From an uncultured Candidatus Rokubacteria bacterium (lineage in GTDB: Bacteria; Methylomirabilota; Methylomirabilia; Rokubacteriales; CSP1-6), in contig CAVWWD010000005.1 in the NCBI GenBank assembly GCA_963758635.1, positions 480,001 to 544,000 of the forward strand: a stretch of 64,000 bases of DNA, written 5' to 3'. Positions 29,685-37,820 of this stretch are shown here, in pieces (position 1 is the first letter of the stretch; the number at the start of each line of letters is the position of its first letter). The position numbers and the translations under genes are program-made. The notes under the pieces were generated by a model. It worked only from the letters and a program-made list of their open reading frames with translations, was not told where the DNA came from and made no database searches.

Positions 29685-30434
29685 CTAGAACGTGAAGAGA
29701 TCCATGCCGCCCGTCACCGTGAGCACGGCCCCGGTGATGTAGCGGGCGCGCTCCGAGCACAGGAAGGCGATGGCGCTCGCCACGTCGGACGGCTCGCCCT
29801 CCTTCTGCATGGCCACGCGCTTGACCATCCGGTCGTACATCGGAGAGAGGTTCGCGTTCGGCCCGATGATGCCGGGCGCGATCACGTTCGCGGTCACGTT
29901 GGAGCGCGCGCCCTCGAGGGCCACGGAGCGGGCGAAGCCGATCACGCCCATCTTGCCCGTCGAGTACGCGGTCTGGCCGAACCCGCCCATGAGCCCGGCG
30001 ATGGAGGCCATGCACACGATCCGCCCCCACCGGCGCTCGCGCATCCCCGGGAAGACGGCTTTCGTGACATTGTAGGTCCCGGTGAGATTGATGGCGAGGT
30101 TCTGGTCCCAGGCCGCGTCGTCCATGTCCTTGAGCTGGGCCACCGTGTAGATCCAGCCCGCGTTGTTGACGAGGATGTCCGCCGGCCCCACCTCGCGCTC
30201 CGCCCGCGCCACCGCGTCGGCGAGCCGCGCCCGGTCGGTGATGTCCACCTCGTAGCTCGCGGCCACGCCGCCGCCCGCGGTGATCTCCTTCGCCGTCTCC
30301 GCGGCGCCCTCGGCGTTCAGGTCGAACACGACGACGCGGCAGCCCTCGGCGGCGAGCGTCAGGCAATCCTCGCGGCCGAGGCTCCGCGCGCCCCCCGTCA
30401 CCAGCGCCACCTTCCCCGCGATCCCGAGGTCCAT
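29685..30434 (-). CDS. SDR oxidoreductase (FabG/PhaB-like)
   Basis: TGGARSLG, NNAG and GGFGQTAYSTGK motifs. Confidence 0.85.
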   Translation of the reverse strand: MDLGIAGKVALVTGGARSLGREDCLTLAAEGCRVVVFDLNAEGAAETAKEITAGGGVAASYEVDITDRARLADAVARAEREVGPADILVNNAGWIYTVAQLKDMDDAAWDQNLAINLTGTYNVTKAVFPGMRERRWGRIVCMASIAGLMGGFGQTAYSTGKMGVIGFARSVALEGARSNVTANVIAPGIIGPNANLSPMYDRMVKRVAMQKEGEPSDVASAIAFLCSERARYITGAVLTVTGGMDLFTF

Positions 30435-30516
30435 GCGCCGGCCCGCGTCATCCGCGAACGGAAACGGACCTTGAACAGCGTGTGCGTCCGGTGAGCCCGC
30501 TCATGAATGGTCCTCG

Positions 30517-31290
30517 CTAGCGGCCGGTAAAGTTCGCCGCCCGCTTCTGGAAGAACGCCTGGATGCCCTCGGCGGCGTCCTCGGTCCGGATCACCTTCTG
30601 GAAGGCGCGCGCCTCGATCTCGAGGGCCTGGTCGATCGGCGCGTGGATGCCGTCGTCGACCGCCTCGATGATGAGCCGCGTGGCGATGGGCGCGCGCTTC
30701 GCGAGCTCGCGCGCAAGGGCCCTGGCGTCGTCGAGCGTCGCGCCCTCCTTGGCCAGGCGGTTGACGAGCCCGATCCGGTGGCACTCCGCGGCGGGGATCT
30801 GCGTGCCGAGGAGCAGATGCTCCAGCGCGAGGCCGCGCCCGATCAGGCGCGGCAGGCGCTGGGTGCCGCCGTAGCCCGGGATGATGCCGAGGCTCGACTC
30901 CGTCTGCCCCATCCGCGCCGTCTCCTTCAGGATGCGGATGTGACACGCCATCGCGATCTCGGTGCCGCCGCCGAGGGCGTGACCGTTGATCGCCGCCACC
31001 ACCGGCTTGGGGAACCGCTCGATGCGGCGGAGCACGCCGTTGCCGAACCGGATGAAATCGGTCACGTTGCCGCCCGAGAACGCGGAGCCCAGGTCCGCGC
31101 CCGCGCAGAAGATGCGGTCGCCGGCCCCGGTGACGATGAGCGCGCGCACGGCGTCGTCCGACTCGATCTCGGTGAGGACGGCGTCGAGCTCGCGCATCAG
31201 GCTCTCGCTGATCGCGTTGGCGGGCGGGCGGTTCAGCGTGACGACTGCGACACCTTCCTCGCGCTCGAGGCTCAGGGTCTCGTACGGCAT
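30517..31290 (-). CDS. Enoyl-CoA hydratase/isomerase
   Basis: FCAGAD, ALGGGTE and PGYGGTQRL motifs. Confidence 0.93.
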   Translation of the reverse strand: MPYETLSLEREEGVAVVTLNRPPANAISESLMRELDAVLTEIESDDAVRALIVTGAGDRIFCAGADLGSAFSGGNVTDFIRFGNGVLRRIERFPKPVVAAINGHALGGGTEIAMACHIRILKETARMGQTESSLGIIPGYGGTQRLPRLIGRGLALEHLLLGTQIPAAECHRIGLVNRLAKEGATLDDARALARELAKRAPIATRLIIEAVDDGIHAPIDQALEIEARAFQKVIRTEDAAEGIQAFFQKRAANFTGR

Positions 31291-31339
31291 CGGCCGCGCT
31301 CCTTCGGGCTCGTCCCGGTCGCCCGCGAGGTCCGCGGAC

Positions 31340-31921
31340 TCAGCGCGCGGCCACGCCGCGCAGGAAGATGTCGGCCACGGTCTCCGCCGTGTCGGCCAGG
31401 CGGTACGCGCGCTTGCCGAGCACCCACGACGTGGTCATCTGGTCCATGGCGCCGAACAGCGCCTTGGTCGCGACCTTGATCGGCAGCTCCGGCCGCACCT
31501 GCCCCTGGGCCACGCCCTCCTCGAGCACCGAGCCGATCAGCGCGAAGTAGGACGAGATCTCGTGGGCGGAGGCGCCGCGGAAGAACTTCTGGCCCTGCCG
31601 GAGCTCGACCTGGACGACCTCGGCCAGCTCCGGATCGCCCTCCAGCATCTCGAAGTGGAGCCGCACGAGCCGGCGGATCTTGGCCACCGCGTCGGGCTCG
31701 GCGGCGATGGCCTTCCGGAGCGACGACACGAAGTGGGCCATCTTCTCGCGGAAGAGCGTGACGAGGATGTCGTCCTTCGTCTTGAAGTAGAGGTAGATCG
31801 TGCCGGCGGCGAGGCCGGCCTCGCGGGCGATGTCCGATACCCGGGAGTTGTAGTAGCCCTTCCGCGCGAAGATCCGCACGGCGGCTTCGATGATCTGCTG
31901 GGGCCTGTCAGGGTCACGCAT
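31340..31921 (-). CDS. TetR-family regulator (FadR/YsiA-like)
   Basis: HTH IAREAGLAAGTIYLYFKTK; VQVELRQ. Confidence 0.9.
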   Translation of the reverse strand: MRDPDRPQQIIEAAVRIFARKGYYNSRVSDIAREAGLAAGTIYLYFKTKDDILVTLFREKMAHFVSSLRKAIAAEPDAVAKIRRLVRLHFEMLEGDPELAEVVQVELRQGQKFFRGASAHEISSYFALIGSVLEEGVAQGQVRPELPIKVATKALFGAMDQMTTSWVLGKRAYRLADTAETVADIFLRGVAAR

Positions 31922-31931
31922 GGCGGGTGAC

Positions 31932-31974
31932 TGAACCGCGGTTCATCTTATTCAGCGCCGCGCGGGCCTGTCAA
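31932..31974 (-). promoter_or_regulatory. tetR promoter with a palindromic operator
   Basis: TTGACA (31969-74), 18 nt, TAAGAT (31945-50); perfect palindrome TGAACCGCGGTTCA at 31932-31945. Confidence 0.65.
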
Positions 31975-32083
31975 ATCGAAATTGGCCGGCGCCACGCGGG
32001 CCCGGTCAGATCGACATGGTCTGGCCGCGCGCGGGCGACCGGCGGCTTGACGATGCCCGGACCCCCTCGTACGATCTCCGGCC

Positions 32084-33019
32084 ATGGACATCAAATATCG
32101 GATCGGCATCATGCCGGGCCCGTGGCCGGCGGGGCGCGCAGGCGCGGATTTCGCGTGGGCGCTGACCGAGCTGTGCGAGACGCGCGGCATCGACTCGATC
32201 TGGCTCTCCGACCGGCTCTCGTCCCCGGTGCCCGTGCCCGAGGTGATGACCACGCTGGCCGCGATGGCCGCGCGCACCACCACGCTGAAATTCGGGCCGA
32301 GCGTCATCGTGCTCCCGTACCGGACGCCGGTGGTGGCGGCCAAGGAGATGGCCACGCTCGACTGGCTGTCGCACGGGCGCTTCTTCCCCGCGGTCGGCGT
32401 GGGCGTGGAGCTGCCGCGCGAGTTCGAGGCCTCGGGCGTGCCGTTCCGGGAGCGCGGACGGCGCACCGACGAGGCGATCCGGGTGATCCGGATGCTCTGG
32501 ACCGAGGACGAGGTCACCTACCAGGGCGAGTTCTTCAAGCTCGATCGCATCCGCGTCTTCCCCAAGCCGTGGCAGAGCCCGCCGCCGATCTGGATCGGGG
32601 GCAAGAGCGAGGCAGCGATGCGACGCACGGCGCGCCTGGGCGACGGCTGGATGCCGTCCCTGATCACGCCCGAGGAGGCCCGCGTCGGCGTCGAGCGCGT
32701 CCAGGAGTGGGCGCACGCCGAGGGACGCGAGGTGCCCGCCGACCACTTCGGCACGCTGATCAGCTACAACCTCGGCGCGAGCGCCGAGGCGGCCCGCGCG
32801 GAGGCCGACCCCTACATCCAGCGCGGCCGCGTCGACGACGAGACCATGCGGCGCTGCACGGCGTTCGGCCCCTCCGACGTGCTGCGCGAGCGCATCGAGG
32901 AGTACGTGAAGGCGGGCGTGTCGAAGTTCATCCTCCGGCCGCTGTGCCCGTCGGACCGCATGCTGGACCGGCTGGCCCAGGTGGCCGAGGACATCGTCCC
33001 CGAGTACCACCAGCGCTGA
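32084..33019 (+). CDS. LLM-class flavin-dependent oxidoreductase
   Basis: AKEMATLDWLSHGR and PPIWIGG...RLGDGW; TTGACG-17-TACGAT promoter. Confidence 0.9.
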   Translation: MDIKYRIGIMPGPWPAGRAGADFAWALTELCETRGIDSIWLSDRLSSPVPVPEVMTTLAAMAARTTTLKFGPSVIVLPYRTPVVAAKEMATLDWLSHGRFFPAVGVGVELPREFEASGVPFRERGRRTDEAIRVIRMLWTEDEVTYQGEFFKLDRIRVFPKPWQSPPPIWIGGKSEAAMRRTARLGDGWMPSLITPEEARVGVERVQEWAHAEGREVPADHFGTLISYNLGASAEAARAEADPYIQRGRVDDETMRRCTAFGPSDVLRERIEEYVKAGVSKFILRPLCPSDRMLDRLAQVAEDIVPEYHQR

Positions 33020-33088
33020 CCCTCCGGCCGCGCTGACCGCCCGCGAGCGTGGACGCGCTCGCGGCGGGGCGCGCCGCCGCCCCGCCGC

Positions 33089-34009
33089 TCACCCGGCGTC
33101 GGGCAGGGTGAGCGCTCCCTCCAGCACCGGCACCACCGCGCCGCCGACGCGGATCGCCGTCGCGGCGGAGTCCACTTCGATGTGCACGAAGCTCTGGCGA
33201 CCCATGCGCGTCCCCTGCTCGCTGACGATCCGGGCCACCGCCCCGCGCGATCGCACGAGGCCGTGGCGCACGAGGTACGCGCCGAGCGGCCCGCTCGCCG
33301 ACCCCGTGGCGGGATCCTCGGGCACGCCCGAGGTGTGAGGCGCGAACATGCGCGCATATGCGCGCGCCGGTTCCGCATCCGCCGGCGAGTCGGGCGCGAA
33401 CACGAACACGCCCACCCGCGGCGCCTCGCCGAGGCAGGCGAGGATGGCGGACACGTCGAGACGGGCGCCGTCCACCGCCGCGCGGTCACGGAGGGGCACG
33501 TAGAGGAACGCCGATCCCGTCGAGCCCACCATGATGGGCGCGCCGGCCAGGAGATCGGCGGCGGAGAGCCCCAGCGCCCGCGCCACCGCGGGCCGGTCGG
33601 ACCGCTCGGGACCGAAGCGCGCCTCGCCGTGGCTCATCCAGACGAACCGCGGCGCGGCGGGATCGCCTTCCAGGGTGACGGGCACGGGCCCGATGCCCTC
33701 CTCCAGGAGGATCCGCCCCGCGCCGGCGGGCAAGAGCCCGCGCGTGGCGAGGACCCAGCTCGTGCCCACCGTGGGATGGCCCGCGAACGGCACCTCGCGC
33801 GCCGGCGTGAAGATGCGCACGCGCGCCGCGCAGTCCGGCCGGGTGGCCGGCAGCACGAACGTCGTCTCCGACAGGTTCATCTCGCGCGCCACCGCCTGCA
33901 TCTCGCCGTCGGCGAGGCCGCGCGCGTCGAGCACGACGGCGAGCGGGTTGCCGGCAAGGGGGCGCTCGGTGAAGACGTCGACCTGCACGACGCGGTAGGC
34001 GCGCGGCAC
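33089..34009 (-). CDS. PhzF family protein
   Basis: VDVFT...GNP, LSETTF, FAGHPT and EDPATGSA motifs. Confidence 0.93.
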   Translation of the reverse strand: MPRAYRVVQVDVFTERPLAGNPLAVVLDARGLADGEMQAVAREMNLSETTFVLPATRPDCAARVRIFTPAREVPFAGHPTVGTSWVLATRGLLPAGAGRILLEEGIGPVPVTLEGDPAAPRFVWMSHGEARFGPERSDRPAVARALGLSAADLLAGAPIMVGSTGSAFLYVPLRDRAAVDGARLDVSAILACLGEAPRVGVFVFAPDSPADAEPARAYARMFAPHTSGVPEDPATGSASGPLGAYLVRHGLVRSRGAVARIVSEQGTRMGRQSFVHIEVDSAATAIRVGGAVVPVLEGALTLPDAG

Positions 34010-34110
34010 GGTGGCCACATTGTAGTGGCCGGGCGAGCCGAGGCAGGCGAGTGCGAGCCGCATGCGCGAGATGGCCGTGCGAGCCGACCGCTCGGTGAGC
34101 AAGGCGAGCC

Positions 34111-34191
34111 GAGCGCATATGGAAATGCAGTGGAACCAACCTCGAACCCTCTGAGCGTATATGGAAATGCAGTGGAAACAACCGCCGACCG
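34111..34191 (+). repeat. Tandem pair, 42-bp period (family A)
   Basis: GAGCG(C/T)ATATGGAAATGCAGTGGAA(C/A)CAACC at 34111 and 34153. Confidence 0.9.
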
Positions 34192-34254
34192 TACCGCCAG
34201 TCGACCGGAGTGCCCACGCCTTGTGCCTCGCCGGCCCACGCTTATACTGACGCC

Positions 34255-35217
34255 ATGCCCCCCGCCTGGATGTCTCGAGCCGCTCTCGTCGCGCTCGCCG
34301 CCGTCCTCCTCGCCGGATGCTCGGTGATCTCGGTGGACCTCTCGCCGCGCATCCGCCCGCTGGACGAGGAGACCGTGGAGGGCGAGGGCCCGTCGAAGGT
34401 CCTCCTGATGGATCTCTCCGGCGTCCTCTCCGAGGACACCGTCAGCCTCTCCCTCACCACGCCGCCGCCCCGGGTACCGCTCCTCGCCCGCGTCCGCGAG
34501 GAGCTGCGCCGCGCCGAGAAGGACGACCGCGTGAAGGCCCTCATCGTCCGCATCAACAGCCCGGGCGGCACCATCACCGCGTCCGACGTGATCTATCGAG
34601 AGATCCGGGAGTTCAAGGCGCGGCGGAAGATCCCGGTGATCGCGGCTATCGTCGACGTCGGCGCCTCGGGCGGGTACTACGTCGCCCTGGCCGCCGACCA
34701 GATCCTCGCCCACCCCACCAGCGTCACGGGCAGCATCGGCGTGGTGATGCTCACCCTGAACGCGCAGGGGCTGCTCGAGAAGATCGGGGTGGCGCCGCTC
34801 TCGATCAAGTCGGGCGCGATGAAGGACGCGGGCTCGCCGTTCCGCCAGCTCACGCCCGAGGAGCGCGCCGTGTTCCAGGGCGTCATCGACGAGATGTTCA
34901 CGCGCTTCGTGGGCCTGATCGTGGAGGCGCGCAAGATCCCCGCCGAGCGGGTGCGAGGCTTCGCCGACGGCCGCATCTACACGGCCGAGCAGGCGCGTGA
35001 GCTGGGCCTGGTCGATCGGCTGGGCTACATGGACGACGCCATCGAGATGGCGCGGAAGGCCGCCGGCCTCACCGAGGCCCGCGTGGTCATGTACCACCGC
35101 CCGCGCGAGTACCGCACGAACTACTACTCGACCACACCCTCGGCGGAGACGGCCCTCACACGGCTGGCCCCGCTCCTGGGCGCCACGCCCGGCTTCTTCT
35201 ACCTCTGGATGCCCTGA
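34255..35217 (+). CDS. sppA: Signal peptide peptidase (S49), lipoprotein
   Basis: LLAGC lipobox; RINSPGG, ASGGYY, TGSIGV and ADGRIYT motifs. Confidence 0.92.
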   Translation: MPPAWMSRAALVALAAVLLAGCSVISVDLSPRIRPLDEETVEGEGPSKVLLMDLSGVLSEDTVSLSLTTPPPRVPLLARVREELRRAEKDDRVKALIVRINSPGGTITASDVIYREIREFKARRKIPVIAAIVDVGASGGYYVALAADQILAHPTSVTGSIGVVMLTLNAQGLLEKIGVAPLSIKSGAMKDAGSPFRQLTPEERAVFQGVIDEMFTRFVGLIVEARKIPAERVRGFADGRIYTAEQARELGLVDRLGYMDDAIEMARKAAGLTEARVVMYHRPREYRTNYYSTTPSAETALTRLAPLLGATPGFFYLWMP

Positions 35218-35259
35218 GCGGCGGCCGGCCGGGCCCGGTGAGCATCGGGCGAAGGGGTC

Positions 35260-35499
35260 TCATCCGCGCGCCTCCGTTTCCGTCAGCGGGCCGGAGCCGC
35301 TCGGCCGGTGGCCCGCGCACCGCAGCACGGGCAGCCGGGGATACCGCGCGAAGGCGGGATCACGCTCGGCGCGGCCGCACCGCCAGAAGACCGAGCCGCG
35401 CGCCGAGACCACGCGCCGGGCCTCGACGCAGTCGGCGCAGAGCCCGGGATCCACGGCCTCACGCGTGGGGCGCTCCCGCTCCACCGCCCCGTCGTCCAC
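35260..35499 (-). CDS. Small Cys-containing hypothetical protein
   Basis: GLCADC...FWRC...YPRLPVLRCAGH; abuts the upstream Nudix gene. Confidence 0.65.
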   Translation of the reverse strand: MDDGAVERERPTREAVDPGLCADCVEARRVVSARGSVFWRCGRAERDPAFARYPRLPVLRCAGHRPSGSGPLTETEARG

Positions 35500-36087
35500 T
35501 CACGTGGTCGCCTCCGACTCGTCCAGGAGGTCGAGGAACTGGCGCAGGATCCGGGCCGTGGCGCCCCACACCACGTCGTCCTTCGAGACCTGGAAGAAGT
35601 ACACCACGTGCGGCTCGCCGCCGCGCTCCCAGACCTCGCTGTGAAAGATGGCAGGGTCGCGCAGCGTCGTCAGCGGCACCTCGATGACGCGCTCGATCTC
35701 GCGGCCGTCCGGCTCGAACCGCACGGGCTCGCGCACGATCCCCACCACCGGGGTGATGATGAACGGCGTCGCGCGGGTCGCGGTGTCGTCGAGGAGGCCC
35801 AGGACCTCCACGGCCTCGGACGGCAGCCGGATCTCCTCCCACGCCTCGCGGAGCGCCGTCTCCACGCGGGAGGCGTCGCCCGCCTCGCACACACCGCCGG
35901 GGAACGAGAACTGGCCCTTGTGGTGCGGGACCGCGTCGGACTTCTTGGTGAAGACCACGTGCGGGCCGCCGTGGTCGGTGATGGGCAGCAGCACGGCGGA
36001 AGGAATGAGGTCGGCGGGGTCCAGGCTCACTCGCGGCCGGCGCGACAGCCCGCCGTCGAGCTTTCGGCGTAGCGCTTCGAGATCCAC
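35500..36087 (-). CDS. CoA pyrophosphatase (Nudix)
   Basis: [23 protein letters not shown] and VWGATA motifs. Confidence 0.9.
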   Translation of the reverse strand: MDLEALRRKLDGGLSRRPRVSLDPADLIPSAVLLPITDHGGPHVVFTKKSDAVPHHKGQFSFPGGVCEAGDASRVETALREAWEEIRLPSEAVEVLGLLDDTATRATPFIITPVVGIVREPVRFEPDGREIERVIEVPLTTLRDPAIFHSEVWERGGEPHVVYFFQVSKDDVVWGATARILRQFLDLLDESEATT

Positions 36088-36091
36088 CCGT

Positions 36092-36430
36092 CTATCGGCT
36101 CTTCTTCTTCGACGTCGGGCGCTTGGCGGCCCTCACCTTCGACTTCGCTTTGGATCGCGCCGGCCGCGGTCGCACCGCCGTCGCCGCATACGGCTCGTTG
36201 CGCGCGCCGACGCCGCCACGGATCATCGACCCCGACCGGATGACCCGGATCCACGCGTCGATCTCCCGGGCGAGCTCGGGATAGCAGCGGCTCCGGTACG
36301 CCTCGAGCGCATGCAGGGCGGCGGGGTCCTTCCAGGGCTTGAGGACGAAAGGCGCCTCGGGGTCGGCCGTGTCGAACGGGCCCTCCGTGGCCATCGCCAT
36401 CACCACGTACCGCCGGGTCAGCTCCGCCAT
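36092..36430 (-). CDS. Hypothetical protein with a basic C-terminal tail
   Basis: [15 protein letters not shown]...[13 protein letters not shown]...SKKKSR. Confidence 0.7.
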   Translation of the reverse strand: MAELTRRYVVMAMATEGPFDTADPEAPFVLKPWKDPAALHALEAYRSRCYPELAREIDAWIRVIRSGSMIRGGVGARNEPYAATAVRPRPARSKAKSKVRAAKRPTSKKKSR

Positions 36431-36454
36431 CTCGTCCTCCCTCCCGTCGAGGTT

Positions 36455-36541
36455 GTGAAGCAATGCGGATTCCGACTTCGCCGTGCGGGCCAACACCGCG
36501 ATTCTGCGTACACACGCGGGGCCGCCTCGCCATTCATTCAC
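36455..36541 (-). repeat. Family B element, copy 2
   Basis: Minus strand GTGAATGAATGGCG...CGCAGAATCGCG...CATTGCTTCAC. Confidence 0.85.
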
Positions 36542-36655
36542 GAGCCCGTCGAGGCCCACCGTGCATGTCGTCCCTCGCAACGACTCGGTGGGCAGCCTAC
36601 TCCGGCGGACGGCAGCGCCGCAAGGCGCTATCGCCGCTCTGCTACCATACGGGGC

Positions 36656-37753
36656 GTGGGCAACACGTTCGGCCAGCTCTTCCGCGTCACCACGTGGGGC
36701 GAGTCCCACGGCGCGGCCATCGGCGCGGTAATCGACGGCTGTCCCCCGCTCCTGCCTCTGTCCGAGGCGGACATCCAGCCGGACCTGGACCGGCGCGCGC
36801 CCGGGCAGAGCGCGCTCGTGACCCAGCGCAAGGAGTCCGACACCGTGCGCATCCTCTCGGGCGTCTTCGAGGGGCAGACGCTCGGGACCCCGATCAGCCT
36901 GTCGATCCTCAACGAGGACATGCGGCCGGGCGACTACCGCGAGGTGCGCGAGAAGTACAGGCCGAGCCACGCCGACTACACCTACGTGGCGAAGTACGGC
37001 ATCCGCGACTGGCGCGGGGGCGGCCGCACCAGCGCGCGCGAGACCGCGGGCCGCGTCGCCGCCGGCGCCATCGCGCGGAAGCTCCTCGCCCACCGGTACG
37101 GCGTGGAGATCGTGGCCTGGGTCTCCAAGGTCGGCCGCCTCGTCGTGGACTGTGACGGCGACAAGGTGACCCGCGAGCAGGTCGAGCAGACGCCCATCCG
37201 CTGCCCGGACCTCGCGATGGCCGAGCGGATGATCGCCGCGGTGGAGGCGGCGCGGAAGGAGGGCAACTCCCTGGGTGGCGTCGTCAGCGCGGTGGCGCGC
37301 GGCTGCCCGCCCGGGTGGGGCGAGCCGGTGTTCGACCGCCTCGAGGCCGACCTGGCCCGCGCGGTCATGAGCCTGCCCGCGAGCAAGGGGTTCGAGGTGG
37401 GCTCGGGCTTCGCCGGCACCGACCTGACCGGCCTCGAGCACAACGACGAGTTCTACATGGAAGGCGACCGGGTCCGCACCCGCACGAACAGGAGCGGCGG
37501 CGTCCAGGGCGGCATCAGCAACGGCGAGACCGTCTGCTTCCGCGTGGCCTTCAAGCCCACCGCGACGGTGCTGCGCGAACAGCGGACGGTCAGCGTCCTC
37601 GGCGAGGAGACCACGATCCAGGGCCGCGGGCGTCACGATCCCTGCGTGCTCCCCCGCGCGGTGCCGATGGTGGAGGCGATGGCCGCCCTGGTCCTCGCCG
37701 ATCATGCGCTGCGCCACGACGCGATCCGCCCGCATTCGCCTTCCCCGTCCTGA
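36656..37753 (+). CDS. aroC: Chorismate synthase
   Basis: [28 protein letters not shown] and GRHDPC motifs. Confidence 0.97.
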   Translation: MGNTFGQLFRVTTWGESHGAAIGAVIDGCPPLLPLSEADIQPDLDRRAPGQSALVTQRKESDTVRILSGVFEGQTLGTPISLSILNEDMRPGDYREVREKYRPSHADYTYVAKYGIRDWRGGGRTSARETAGRVAAGAIARKLLAHRYGVEIVAWVSKVGRLVVDCDGDKVTREQVEQTPIRCPDLAMAERMIAAVEAARKEGNSLGGVVSAVARGCPPGWGEPVFDRLEADLARAVMSLPASKGFEVGSGFAGTDLTGLEHNDEFYMEGDRVRTRTNRSGGVQGGISNGETVCFRVAFKPTATVLREQRTVSVLGEETTIQGRGRHDPCVLPRAVPMVEAMAALVLADHALRHDAIRPHSPSPS

Positions 37754-37820
37754 TCCGCCCCGACAGCGCCGGACCGCTTGACCGGTGCGACGGGTTCTGT
37801 GACCCTGTGCCCGACGTCCC

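Noticed and set aside
7804..34191. Family A arrays as CRISPR arrays (one core ends in GGAAAC)
   Set aside because: Inter-core sequences are identical within arrays, there are only 2-4 units, and no cas genes are in the window
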